A stretch of 64,000 nucleotides of DNA from contig NC_045696.1 in the NCBI RefSeq assembly GCF_009834535.1, positions 110,486,001-110,550,000 on the forward strand, given 5' to 3'. This DNA is from Camelus ferus (lineage: Eukaryota). A model generated the notes under the pieces. It was not told where the DNA came from. It saw only the letters and a list, made by a program, of their open reading frames with translations, and did not search any database. Below, one piece after another: positions 1 to 29,500 of this stretch (the first letter of the stretch is position 1; each line of letters starts with the position of its first letter). A program made the position numbers and the translations under genes.

Positions 1-302
1 AATCTGGGCAATTTGCTGTCCTCAGAACTGATTTACTATTTATACGTTGACTTCTGTGTTGTGTTTATCTCAGGATGGTAACTTTCCTTAGCAGTTTCAC
101 TGCATCTGTTACAGCATGGTCTTAAGGAAGGAGATCATTTAGTGTCTCATGCCCCTTAGCAGCACAGGCAGAAAGGAAAAGAGTTTAGGTATTCTGTTTT
201 ACTGGTCTGCCTGAATGAATGCACCAGAAAAAATGAGCAATTATTCACATCGTGTTTTTCTGTAAGGTCATTTAGAATTAAAAGGTTACATTCTCATTTT
301 GA

Positions 303-500
<198 letters not shown>

Positions 501-1611
501 TAGCAGCAATTACAATTCACTGCAGATGTACATTAGGATGAAATAATTAAGAAACATTTGGAGCATTACTTTAAAATTCATGAAAACTGTTTTTAAGAAA
601 ATTTATTTTTACTTTGTGTGATTTAACTGTTAATTGTATGAAATTGTATTGGACTCCACTGAAGTTTGAGTCATGACTGTGTCGGGTTTTAGCTGTTTAA
701 AAGAATTACCCTTCCTATTGTGTGGGATCCCAGGATGGAGATACGTCAGAATGCTCACATGTCTGGCGTGAGGAGTTGATCATGAAGAGCAGACTGGTCT
801 CTGTTCTACAAGAGCTGGCAAAGCCGCTAAGACAGGGAGTTCGAGAACTCTGGTTCTTCTCATCTCTCAAAAGCTACTTTAGCCTCAGCATTCCTCATCT
901 TGCTTTTCCGCAGCAGTCTGACCCAGTTTTCTACCTCAAAAAAAAGTTTCAAGGAATAAAAGGGATGTTTACGAAAAGTATGAATTGTCTTCTGTAAAAC
1001 GAACTAGTAACAGGAGCCTCTGACTGCTGCTTTTTTTTTTTTTTTTCTACTTTTCCCTTGAGCCCTCTGCCTTCTGGGCTCTCTACATTGTATGTTGTTT
1101 TACTGTGTAGAATGTACCTGCATAACCTGGTCATTAATGCAGTAACAGATGATGGCATTCTTTGACCTTTCCCAAAATATGGACAGGACCTTCTTTCTTA
1201 AGTGGCCTCAATCTGTCTCAAATATTTATATCTCAAACTTAAATTAGTTGGCCATTTTATACTGAAAATTAAATATTTTTATAGATTTTATAAATTGCCA
1301 GCTTAAGATATTGTTTTATACCATTTATGTATTTATATATAATAAAATCTTCAATTTTAATACTTGTAAGATTCCAACATGTATTCATTGTAAAGGTGAA
1401 AGATGTAACAACCATACTTGCTGTTTTAAAATAAAAGTGCAATTTCAAATTCTCTTTCCCACCCTCTTTCAAACCCTCTTCCTATAGAAGAGGGTTATAT
1501 TTACATAATTAAGAAAAGTGTTGAACATTACAAAGAAGACTTGAATGTTGTCAGTACTTGCCGAGTAGTTTATGCAACTTGAGCTTCAGTGACTCTACAG
1601 GATTTTGGTTA

Positions 1612-1775
1612 ATGTTACTCAAGGTGGTCAGTGAACCAGGACCATCGGCACCACCTGGGAGCTTATTAAAAATTCATACTCTCGAGCCTTTCCCCAGACC
1701 TGCTGGATCAGAATCTGCAGTCTAGCTCCATCCCCAGGTGATTCATAATGCATATAAGTTTGAGAAGCAGCGGTC
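1612..1775. mobile_element. MER5A-like hAT element in the NPHP3 3' region
   Basis: ggcaccacctgggagcttattaaaa, tcagaatctgca, ccccaggtgattcata, aagtttgagaagcagc. Confidence 0.75.
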
Positions 1776-4748
1776 TAATTCTAAGGCACTAGAGTGGTGA
1801 CTTAAAAGGAATGAGGTAGGATCTTACAAAATGAGCATCATTCTTCCCCTTTTTGGGAGAAGTTCAAAAGGGAAAAAAAAATAAAATATAACCACAATAA
1901 ATCTTTCTGGGTTTGCCAGCTGTGAGACACAAAGTAATTACACTCACAGATACACCAGACATTGATTTTAGAATTAATCTTTCAGTTTAAAATTTGATGA
2001 TTTAGTGGTTTAAGTAATTTAATACATTATAAGTAATATATTAAGTTTAAATGCCTTAAACTTCTTTAGGAAATAATCTAAGATTAATATTCTAGAAGAA
2101 CCCTGAAAAAGAAAAAACTAGCAAAAGGGTAATGTGCATTTTTTTTCTTTGTTCCTACACAATTTGGACTTGAAAAACATACCAAAAGTGCAAAAAAGAC
2201 TTACATTGTTCAAAGTGACTTTATGGTAAATTATTAATTATAGTTGAGGGATACTGACTATTTCAAGAGATTTAGGTTTAAATATAATTTTTAAGACTAT
2301 ATTTTGATGTTACTAATTATATTACCAACTCAAATGTCCTCATGTAGAATGCCTACTTAAAAAGATAAAAGTAGTTGAGGCAGACATTTCTTTGTATTTG
2401 AGGTTCTCAAATAGGAATACCATGTTCACATTAATATATACCTTTCACAGTGAAAAAGGTGGCTTTCAGGCAACTCAATTATAAACCTGAATTGATAGGC
2501 TCCAAGTTATGGTAATTATGATTCATTTTCATTCATTAATACTTTATAGAAAGAGAAATTTTTTTTTAAATGCACTTTGGTGGGGTGGTCAAAGCTTCAT
2601 TAATATTCTTAAATGTTTATTACCTTTTCATGTTGGCCAGTGTGTTTGTAGGTATTCAGGGAGTATTTTTACATGAAGAAACCCAAAATACACTACTTTT
2701 TTTCACTGTATAAAACATCTGAGTAGTACCACAATTAACTTCCCACTAACAATTAAAAGGGATTAAAGTAGAACATGTTTGTTTTACTGTAATTTAGAGC
2801 CTTGGTACTAAGGCAATTTGGGGAGTGTGTTTCCACCTTTCACATTAGAAACAATAGTGTTTATAAATCTGGTTAAGCACTATGGGTTTATTTAGTTTTG
2901 TAAAATTCAGTGATGATTAATTTCTCACAGTCAGCTGCCTACATATACAAATTTTCAAGGCATGCAAACTGTCAAGAGAGCATTCTAGTTACAAAAGATC
3001 CTTGTTACCAGATTTTTTCTGCTAAAATAATCACTTTAATGGAAAATATCAGACCAAAAAATTAGATTAGATTTGGTACAGTATAAGACACTAGTAGGGT
3101 GCAGTGCCAATTAAGAACAGAAAAAAAGGTCTTTAGAAAACAGTAAGTTCTAACTATAATACTTTATCAACTATAAACTTTTAAACTTATAAATAAAGCC
3201 TTAGCAAATTAGTGTACCAAAAATGAGATTTAGAAAGACTGCATTTTCTTTTTTGAAATTCAAAGCATCTCTAGTAACCAGAAAAGTTACTTTACAGATG
3301 AATACACTAAATTTTAAAATAATAGCAAATGACCTACCAAGGCAGCATAAATAAATTTCAGGGCTAGAAAAACTATGCCCATACTTTCCTGACATCACTC
3401 TAAAACATAAGAATCACAGTATCCTAAAATCTCAAAACTAATATACTGAACATATTTGCTATTTGGGACTTTCTGAAATCGGTTTTTAGAAACTTATTTT
3501 ACAAGTGGGAAATGCACTTTCAATTTTTTACTAACATTTTCCCCTAGAGATAGAATTTAAACATTTATATCTTCAAAACAAAAAAATCATCAAAATAGGA
3601 GATTAGCATAGTAACAGCCTACAGATAATGGTTACACATGCACGTTTCTTTATTGGTCATTAAATCATTAGGAATTTATTTCAACCAAGGCTCTCTAAGC
3701 CTTCATTATTTGTATGTGAACTCCAGACAAAACCAGTTTATCAGTTTATGATTGAGTGGTCATGATCAGGGAAAATGATACTCTTCCCCAAGAAGAAATA
3801 CATGTCAGTCATTGCAGAGACAATTTAGGCCTCTTTCATTGCCCACTATCCAGGACAAATCCTTGCCAATGTTAAAATATCAAATTTAAATGAAATAAAG
3901 TATTCAGGAGGTAGCCCATATGATGGGTATAATTCAGATGATCTTAGCCTAAATTTATCCTTTGCTCCTCAGTAAAGCACACTGACTCAGATATGTGTCC
4001 CACCGATGAAATGCTTTTCCTTATTCGGTGCAGAAATATAATTTGTACATCCTGAAAATACCTTTATCTGACTATCCGTGAAGAGAGCTTCCTTTTATTT
4101 GCCTTTGTCTCGTTTTGAATATAAAATTCACAGGTTTGCAAACTTTTCTACTGACTACATTTCAACTTGTATTTCATCAGGAAACATTTGAGAGGATGTT
4201 TTTATTTTAAGGGTTAACTATTTGAAATTCATCGTTGGCCAAGTTAGCAGTAGTGGCCAGTTTTCTTGTAGGGAGCAATTCCAAACACAATGAGTAGATG
4301 CGTGCTGGCTCCAATCGGTATGTTCTATCTCTTGTCCTTTCCCTATATTTGACCACACACTACTGTATTGTCCACTGGCCTCAGGCAACGGACTACAAAG
4401 GATTACTGGAAAGAAAAGGAATGTGGCATCAGAATGGTCCTTTCTTCCTACCTTTCCCAAAAAGCCAAAACAGTTCAATGGCTAAGTTTGGATAAGACTT
4501 GTAACTGCCTACATTAATCCTTTGAAGTTTTCTTCCTAGAATAAGACATGAATTTTAGGAGAGTATCTGATTTAGTTGAAGGGGAGGGGAGCAACAAGCA
4601 ATACTCAACAGTATTTTCAAAAAGTATAACAATTTAGTGAAGATACATCAATTGATGTTGCCCCAAGTTTTCTGTTTTAAAATGATTTTTTTTAATTGCA
4701 AGGGAATAGGCTTAAACACAGGAAATAAAACGCAGGCCAGTCCGTTAT

Positions 4749-19625
<14,877 letters not shown>

Positions 19626-20425
19626 GGCTGGGACCCCGGCTGCCAGCGCTCCCAGCCCCGGCCTTCGCCGCCGCCGCCGACCCACGCTGCTAGGCCTGCT
19701 GGTCCCGCGAGGACCTCGCGGCAGCCTTCCTAACCCAGACCCCGGGGGAAGCGCTCCCAGCGCCTCCCGGACCGACACGTCTCCGCAGCTCCCTGCGGCC
19801 GCCCACGGGCCGCTTCCGGTGCGTTGCAGTCATTGCTCCCCCCTCAGATTAAAAAAAACCCGCCCCTTTCAGCTTCCTTCTTCGCCTGGGCCAAGAGACC
19901 AGGCCGCAGCAGGACAGGGGTCATAGGTGTCCAGAGCCCACGGCCTGTGATGTTGCCTTTCCAACCGGGCGACTAGGAGTAACCCCGGGATCTTTTATTC
20001 CTGGGTTCGAGGTCCTGACGGGCCCTTTTCTGAACCGGACCCTATGGGTCTTCCGCCTGCTGGTGCATTAAATTTGGAGGTGGGAGAGGCCAGGCCGTTC
20101 TTACTTGCCCTTAGGGACTAACTTTACTTTGCTTGCTTTCTTTAGAATTGAGGCCTCCAACTCTGAGGCTGACTGAAAATTTAAAACCCAAATACACCTG
20201 AGGCCCTTCTGGCATTTCCCGACTAATGCCCAAGTCCTGAGAATCGGCCGGCCAGTGTTGCCCAGCAACAGCGCCTGCGGTGTGTGATTGGCTGGGGCCG
20301 CGAGCCGGCTTCCGGGGGCGTTCCGGCCTCGCCCCTGGCTACTGCGTGGCACCGCCTCCCCAGTGGTGTCCGATCCCCGGAGACTTGTTTCTGCGGCTCT
20401 CTGGTCTGAGAAGGCAGCAACGATC

Positions 20426-20574
20426 ATGGAGACCAGGGCCTCCCGCGAGCCCGACACGGTTGAAGTGCTGCCCCAGCACAAGTTCGACTGCAGGTCCCTG
20501 GAGGCCTACCTAAAACAGCATTTGCCCGGCTTTGGGGCTGAGCCCGAGGCCAAGCTGACCGTTGCCCAGTACAG
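20426..20574 (+). CDS. ACAD11: ACAD11 exon 1
   Basis: [51 protein letters not shown]|gtatcg. Confidence 0.94.
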
Positions 20575-23500
20575 GTATCGCCGCCGGCCTTCCCCCGTAG
20601 AAACGTTATCTGTACCTTGTGCTTTTCTTCTTTTCGCTCTGGGTGGGAAACTCCCAATTTCCCCCATCAGGTTTCTTTTTCCTACAGTGACACACACTCT
20701 GCAGGCGGGAGCTGCCATCACCCGAATTTCATTCTAGGTATCTCCATTTCGAGGGCAATGATGGAAACACGGTAACATTCACGATTCCAGCTATGAGAAG
20801 AAATCTTTAACAATTAAGTACCTCGAGGATTCAGTGAATCAATTACCGTTGGAAGCTCTGTGGTATATGAAGAGGCCTTTCCTCAACTTTTGTTCTATAA
20901 CCATTAGATCTTTTTTTCTGAAAAGCAGATGTAATTCCCTTCACACTGGCCATATTCTTGGAGACTGAGTTAATGGCACCAGCTGTGGGATCTGAATTCT
21001 AATCCTAGCCCTTCCACTTAGCAAATGACAGCACCACTTTGGGCTTTAGTTCTTTTTGGAGTTAGGGAATGGAACTGGATGATCATCCTGAGAATACTGT
21101 TACCCACCATAAATCTGGCTCTAGTCTGATGTTTTATAATAGAAAATAGTCTAAAAAGAAACTTTATTCTAAAAATAGTATTTTGATAAATACAGAGCTA
21201 TAGAAGCAGTCCTGGCTTCCAGAAAATTAGGTCTGCCACTTATTGCCTGAGAATTTTAAAACTTTGTTACATGAACCTTCTGAGAACTAGGTGCATAATC
21301 TGTAACAAATATCTGCCTGTTCTGAGTAATCCTGGTAATTAAATGAAGAAATATAGGTGAAGGGTCTTAAACACTGTAATAGCACTGTATACCAGTGGCA
21401 TTTATCACTGGCATTTGTATTCCTTGACTACCAATTTCAGAGAAATTAAAAAGAGAAAGAGATGGATCAGAGAATTTGGGGGTATAGAATTAAAAGGCAC
21501 CTGTTGCAGTAGATATTGTAGGATGAAGAAGAAGGTGAAATTTAAAAAAAAATGGCTGAGGTTTCTAGCCTAGAAGCCTTGCGTTGTAAACAAACTAACA
21601 GATCAAAGTTCAAATTTGCTGTGGCAATCTGGACAAGTTATTTAACCCTTTTGAGCATTGAATCCTTCTTTGACAAAATGAAGATAGTAATATTTATCTC
21701 CTAGAGTTCTTCGAAAATTATCTAAGTGAAAGATACTTAATTCTGAGTGAAGTTGAACGTTAAATAAACCAGAATTGGCTTGATAAGTGGAATTCGTTGT
21801 GACATAAATAGTATATATTTATGGAACTAGCCCACAGAGAATACACATTTATTTCCAAGACACATGAAAAAGTTTATGAAAATTGAAGACATGTTAGGCC
21901 ACAAAGGAAGTTTCAGAAATTCTAAAGTGTCATTCTTAAAACATTTTTTTTTAGAAATCAACAGAAGACAGCTAACAGATACATGTTTAGAAAGTGTTTT
22001 GATATACAGAGTAAGGAGCCAGTAATCTACAGATAATAAAAGAGTTTAATCAAAGTTCAGAATGCAAAAATCAATTGCACTTCTGAACTTTAGCAACAAA
22101 TGTGTACAAATATAATTTTCAGAGAAATATAATTAACAAGAGCATCAAAAATACAAATTTCTCAAATATTCATGAAGTATGTGCATAATATATAAAACTG
22201 TATTAGGACTTTAAAAAGAACTAAATAAATTGAGGGATGCCATATTCTCGAATAGTGAATTCAATATTGTGAATGTCTCTTTTTTTCCAGCTGATCTATA
22301 GATTCAGTGTAATGGCAATCAAAATCTTAATATTTTTCTCTAATTTGAAAAATTACTGCTAAATTTTATGTACAAGAGCAAAGGGCTAAGAGTAGCAAAA
22401 ACACTCCAGAAGAAGAACAAAGTGGGAAATTTGAATAAAGACGGCATGTTATTAAGTGCAGAGATAGACAAACAGATCAATAAAATAGCATAGAATCCAC
22501 AAAAAGACCCACATATTTATAGAACTCTGGTATGTGACAGTGCTAGCACTGAGAATAAGTGTATGTGGGGTTGGAGAGAGGGAAGGATTTTTAAATAAAT
22601 TATACAGGGATGATTGTTATCGATATGAAAAAATCGAAATTAGACCCTTTCCTTAACTACCTTACACAGTTTCAGTTGGATTACAGACTTGAATGTTAAA
22701 GGCAAAACTATAAACACTTGGAAGACTTATAAGAGATGATTTTTAAGACTTTGGAGTAGAGAATAAAATCTTAAAAAGGACAAAAGCACAAACCATGAAG
22801 GAAATGATTGGTAAATTTTCAGTAAAAGAATCCTTAAAGAAAGTGAAATTACAAAAGAAAATATTTGCATAGTATATAAGGATAAAAGATTAATATCCAG
22901 ATTAAAGAACTACAATAGCCCAACAGAAAAGTGGGCAAAAGACTTGAAGATGCTAAACCTCATTACATTGTAGTAATTTGGGAAATGCAAATTAAAATGA
23001 CGAGATGCCATTTTACACCATCATATTGACTTAAAAAAAGTCTGACAATATCAAGCAGGGTATGAGATAACAGACTTATGCAGTATCAGTGAGGATGTAA
23101 CTATCTTAGAAAACAATTTGGCACAATCCTGTAATGATGAAGATGGGAAGATACACATGCCCCATGACACAGCAATTCTATTCCTAGTTGTACTCTCTTA
23201 CAAGGAATTCTTGTACTATGGTATCAGGAGATAAACTCAAAAAATGTTCATTGCATGGTTTGCAATGACAAAAATATAGGAACAAAACACAATGTTCACC
23301 ACCAGTAGACGGGATGAATAAATTGTGTGCTCAATGTGTGGAGGGAATACAAGCTAGTGTGCCTGGAGTTGTGTAAGCGAAGGCAGCAGGAACTCTGTTG
23401 GCTGTTATAAAGGATTTGATTCTTTACTCTGAGTTGAAATGGTGAGAGATTAGGGATTTGGCAGCAGAACAGGGAAGTGATTTGTCTTTTTTAACAAAAT

Positions 23501-26500
23501 CTCTTTGCCTATTGTATTTGACTGACAGAGGCAAAGGCAAGGAAACCAGTTTGGAGTGTGTTGCAGTGACTCAGTAGAGAGAGATTAGTAGCACGGACCA
23601 GGATGGTAGTGTGGAATAGGTGTGAAGTGGTTATATTTTGAAGGATTTACTGACTGATCAGATGTCTGGTATGAAAGAAAAGAGGAGACAAACAGTATTC
23701 CATTTTTGTCTTGGTAATTGGAAGGATGGAAGTATCTTGAAATAGATATGACTGTAGAGAATCAGATTTGAAGGGAAATATCAAGAACTCAGTTTTGGAA
23801 TATTAAGTTTCAAAATGCCTTTTAGACATTCAAGTGGATATGTACAGTAAGCAGGATATATGAGTCTGGAGGTCAGGGCAGAGGTCTGAACTGGACATAT
23901 ACATTTGGGAGTCATTGACATAGAGAAAGTATTTTAAGCCATGAGAGCATAGAGCTTACCTTGAAAGTGAGTCTACATAAAGAAAGAGGAGGTCTGCAGA
24001 CTTATTCCCAGGCACCCCAATATTTAGAAGTTGAATTAAGGAAGAACCTAAAAGGAGTCTCAGAAGGAGTGGCCAGAGAGGTGGGGGGAAACTGTAGTTT
24101 GATACCATAGCAGTAATAGTGACTTTGAAAAAGTAACTTTGATGGGAAGACAGGAATTAAAGCTTGATTGACAGGGATTCAAGAGAAAATAGGAGGAGAG
24201 GAGTTGGAGCAAGGAGTATAAACAACTCAAGTTTTCTACAAAGAAGGAAATAAATGTTTTATGTAGAGGAAGATGTGTGTGTAATAAAAGTCTTTAAAAA
24301 GGCAGCATGTTTGTATGTTGATGGCAGTGACCCAGAAGAGAGAGAAAAATTTGTTCAGGAGAGAGGGCTAGAATGAAGTCCTTGAGTAGGCAAGAGTAGG
24401 ATGGGATCTAATTCATAGGAGAAGGGATTGTCCTTAGATGGAAATGTAGGTGTTCTTCTACAGACTCTGCAGGGAAGACAGTATATGGGTACAGGTGCTG
24501 GAGATGTGGTAGCATAAGCTTGTGAAAGTTCTCACTTGATTGCTTTCATTTCTCAGTGAAATAGAAAGCTGGGTAATCAGCTGAGAGTGAAGATGGTGGA
24601 CAAGGTGTTGGAGGTTTGAAGAGAGAGGAGAAATTGAAATACTCATTCAAGAGCATGGGAGAATGAACAGGCTAAGGAAGTATAATTATGATTGCTGTCA
24701 GAGGTCACTCTGAGGTTCATGGTCATGAATTTGAAGTAAGAGTAGTTATTTTATTAGATATTGATTCTTTGCCCAGATTCTCTTGGATTCTTCTTTACCA
24801 TTTCCATGCATACCCTGGTTTGGTGGCTTCCACTTCCAGTAGCCAGCACCTGTGTCTCTCTTTTGGCTTGCCCTTGTCCTCCTGGAGCCTCTTTTGCACT
24901 GAATGCTGTAGTGCCTGATACAGCCCTTAACCAGTGACTCATGGGTTCAGGAGTATGAACTCACCATCATTAGTGCTTTTGATATAAGATAACTCTCAGG
25001 TGTGACTACACTGCAGTGTCCCCTTTCTGTTATGAGATAGGCTGAAGCTACCCTCTGAGGACTTTGTCTCCGGTCATACTCTGGCTTGGCTTTCTCCCCT
25101 TCCCTGACCTGCTTCTCCCTCCTGATTGGTTTCTTAAGTGTTTCTTTAATAAGTCGCTTGCACACAAATCTTTCTCTCAGGATCTGCTTCCAAGGAACAT
25201 AACCTAAAATAATAATTATGGCTAGGTTTTTTTTTCTCCACTACATTCAGTTATAGGAGTGCAGGCAAAGAGTTGGATTTAACCAGGTTGGGGGAAGCCA
25301 AGCAAATAACACGAAGTGAGAGAGGGCAGTGCATTAAAGATGTATTCAGAGGAGTGGTTATGAAACTGGCCATCAAACTGAAGCTAGTTAGGGAAGGACA
25401 TGGTTGGGGGTGGGGAGAGCCAAAGGGCCCTGGGAAGGTAACATGATCGCTGGATGGTAGGTCCTGGGATTGAAGGATCACTGGAATTGAGGTCCTAGTG
25501 GGAGTGAGTGGAAAGATAGGAGACTATGGTCAGAGATAAAAGTGCTTAAATGTAGGATTATGCTGTGTCTGAGTTGTTGATATTGATAAGGTAGAGGGTG
25601 TGTCCTTTAGAATGAGTGAGGGAAGTAATATAAAGGAAAATACCACTATAGGTGAAGAACGCAAGAAACTGACAGGCCCGAGTGTTAGAATGAACATGAT
25701 TTTGAAATCATTAATAATTAGGATAGGAGTAATATTAATAAGAGTAATAGTGAATCAAGCTAAAATCCTTAGGCAATGAGGGAGAGTGATCTGAGAGCGG
25801 GTGAATGCAGCCGAAAAGGATAGAGGGCAGTAGAGTCTCGTGACACAAAATTCAAACCTGGGGAGACGGGTTTAGACAGGAGGAAGGTCAGAGAGCCTGG
25901 AAGTGGCAATGAATATAAAGAAAAACACAGACTCCAACGCCAGGCCCATGGGATGAGTGATGTGGGAGAAAACATCTATCACGTAAGAGGCCTACAAGGG
26001 AAATAGACCCTCTTGGAACATTCAGGTTTTAGTCAGAGAGAGAAGGTGAAGGGTCCATTCAGAGAAGAGACTGAAGCAGTATGTGATTATGCTACCGAAA
26101 GACCATGAGTTCCAGGGGTCATGGTGGAAAGGTGTCAGGAGTTGGGGCGCAGGGACGGGTAGGGAGAGCAAGACTAAATAGGAACCGATGCAGGGAATTA
26201 GAACACAGTAGGCAAGTGGTGACGTGGGAATATGGGACTTCTTTTTTGATGACATAAACAGAGGTAAAGAATATAATGACCCCAATCCTGGTAGTCTCAA
26301 GTCAGCAGTGCTGTGAGTGATGGAAGGTAGGAAGGGTTAGATGTTTGGGACTGGGGAAAGGCAGTCTCACACCAAGTGCTCTGGGCTCACATTTTTTTTT
26401 TTTCAAATGATGCCAATTTGAAAACAGCTTTGTGTTCTGCCCTGAATAGCACTTTCCACTTATTTATTATATGGATAAAGTGATCCTGTATTATTTTCTT

Positions 26501-29500
26501 TCTCTGTATATATTCAAGTATTCAAAATGTCTATAACTTTAAATATATTAAAATATAATAATGTAGTTAATATATTACTTATTTAAATAATATTTGATAT
26601 AATTTACTATTGTAGGTTATATTATTTATAATAAGTAATATATTAAATAGCAGCTCAAATAATGATTTTTTTAAGACTCACTGAACTGACTTCCTACAAA
26701 TTAGAGTCCTTCAAACTTCCTGACTCTGTGGAACGTACTATATTGTGTTTTGGTCAGCTCAGTCTATTTTTGCAGTCACGGTTCCCGAAGAGGCAGCCTG
26801 GTGGGATGAACCACCCAGAATGGTTCCGGTTCTCTGGTTCACTATGACAATGGTGGGGTTTTGGACCCTCTCCATCTCTTTCTACTGATGTTAAATTCTT
26901 CCTCCTCAGTAATCTGCTTCTTAACCAGCCACTTGTTGATTCCATTGCACTTGTAAAGAATCTTCTATTTGATTTCATCTTTGATTCTGCTTGGACATGT
27001 CTCCTCTTCTACCGTGGCCTTACTGTTGACTACACAGGATCAGAGCAAATTCTTAGGGTATATTTTGCCTTTCTGCTTCTCATCTCCAACTTTGTATTTT
27101 TAAGTCTCTTGGACCGTATACTCGATGTTTTCCATGCTCAAACACCATGACATTAGTCTTTTAATCTTCTCTTTTCTTGATTTCTTATCTACAGCAAATA
27201 CATTTGAGATGCTGTTGGCATCAGTATTAAAAGTTACTTCAGTTTGTGCAAATCCAAAGGGTGCTGTAGGGATGCCTGTGACTTGAAACTTGCCAAGCTG
27301 GTTGTTATCCTTCATAGCCTTCATGAATTGCCCCCTTGGTTTCATAAACCCAAATGAGATCACCAGGCTGATTGTCAAAGTAGATGTGAAGGTCTAAGTC
27401 TGCTTGGTATGAACTGTTGTATTGCACTTAATCAGAATAGTCACGACTCCACCAATGGTTTCAAAACTGAAGGAAAGGGGGTGATATCAAAGAGCAGCAA
27501 ATTCTGAATATTTTGCAAATTTATCTCTAGACAAGGGACAAGATGATTACCTACATAGCTGCAAACATGTGTAATACCTATATCAAGATTGATGCTTTTT
27601 AAAAATGTCTTGCTGTTGAAAAAAATCTTAAGAATTTATAAGTTTCTGAATTTTGGAGATTCAGATAGAGCCACCCACTAGGATGATGTCATGGGTCTGA
27701 GACTTGTCTAGCATGATGTGAGGAAAGGATTTTTAAAAAATCTTCTCTATGGACAAATTCAGTTAACCTTCTAGCTCTGCTACTCTGGAAATGGGATAGG
27801 TGGCCTATCAGCTATGTTTCCAAGCAACATTACTTACAGTAAAAATAACATCTGTTTGATAAACTGCCTCTGAACTTATAGGAAGGCCTGTAAACGAACT
27901 GTAAATATCTGGTAGGATACTTTGGGCTTAGCTTTGGGTTTCCCTGAGTGTAAAGGGAAGTGCTTGCACCTGGTCATGTCCCTTGCTAGGACCCTCGAAG
28001 CTGTGCCCAGAGGACTGTTACTAGAGGTGATGGCTTCTGTGGAGCATGAAGCTTCTAAGACAGGGTGGCACCCATACTTACCCATTGTGGTTTCGATCCT
28101 TCAAACCTGAGCTGTCACCAGTGGGACACAGGAGTCATGGGTAGATCCTGGACTGCTATGTGGATTACTGTGAGGACCTTGCTAAAGAAACTCATTTGAT
28201 GTTGCCTTGGTGACATACTCTACCTCCTTTCATCCTGTGCTTCTAAGTGAACCAATGTTGAGGGTGGCCTCTTAGGGTCTTGTGAGATTGATTGTCTAGT
28301 CAAAGTCTTCTCCAACCAAAAGTGTGTTCATAACTGTATACTTATATTCAAAGATTCCATCTTTGTAATTAAGGTGGAACAAATCAAAAGTGCTACCTCT
28401 TTGGTTGTAAATCAACACTTTTTTTTTTTTTAGCACCAAATGTCTTGTCCAAGTCCTAACCAATAATTACGGCTTTTGGCCCATTGATGATTCTTACCAT
28501 ATTGATACCATCAATAGGTTCCAGACTATGGAAGCCTGTTGCTTGGAGTGGTTAAATTTAGTTACTACTGTGTTCACAGTACACAGTGTTGGTGATAATC
28601 TTCCCAAGGTTGGCTTCTGGGGGTTTTTGTTTGTTTTATCTTTCTGTGTTTGTTAGAACCATGGTAGATACTTAGAGGAGATGCTTTTAGTTTAGTGTGG
28701 CTTTGTTTGTTTTAGATAAAATTCATGTTACATAAAATTCAGAATTTTAACTATTTTTTAAGTGTACAATTTAGTAGTTCTTATTCACAGTGTTGTACAC
28801 TATCACCACTATCTAATTCCAGAACATTTCCGTCACTCAAAAAGAAACCCTTACTTCCCAGTGCGCCCTTCCTCCCATCCTCTAGATGCCACTAATCTAC
28901 TTTCTGTCACTATGGATTTACATATTCTGGACATTACATAGAGATAGAATCACATAATATGTGGCCTTTTGTGACTGGCTTTTTTCACTTGGCATAATGT
29001 TTTCAAAGTCCATCCATGTTGTAGCCTGTATCAGAACTTCATTTCTTTCATGGCTGAGTGATACTCTATTGTATGGCTATACCACATTTTGTTTACCATT
29101 CATCTGTCAGCAGACGTTTGGCTTGTTTTCACTTTGTGGTTGTTGTAAGTAGTGCTGCTACGAACATCCTTGTATACATTTTATATGAACATCTTTGGTT
29201 CTCTTGGATATATATCTCTAGGAGTGGAATTGCTGGGTTATACGTAATTGTATCTTCATTGAGAAGCTGTTAGTTTTTCCTTTATATTCCGTCTGGGCCA
29301 TTTATCATCATAAAAGGCCAGGGCTTCGTATATGACTGCATCATCAAAAATGCGTCCAATCAGACACTTGGCATCAAAAAAAAATGCTTTTGTAAGTTTC
29401 ATTGCAGCTTGACTCCTTGGAGCATCACAGATAAATTGTCCCATGTCGAGACAGACAACATAGCTGGAGATGGTCCCATTTGCTGACCATTGGCAATGAT

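Noticed and set aside
19626..19778. Upstream in-frame extension of UBA5 (105-aa ORF)
   Set aside because: It starts at GTG; the strong Kozak ATG at 19625 matches the known N-terminus.
20288..20425. In-frame N-terminal extension of ACAD11 (149-aa ORF)
   Set aside because: It starts at TTG within the CCAAT box, not ATG; open frames are expected in GC-rich promoters. The homologous start is ATG 20426.
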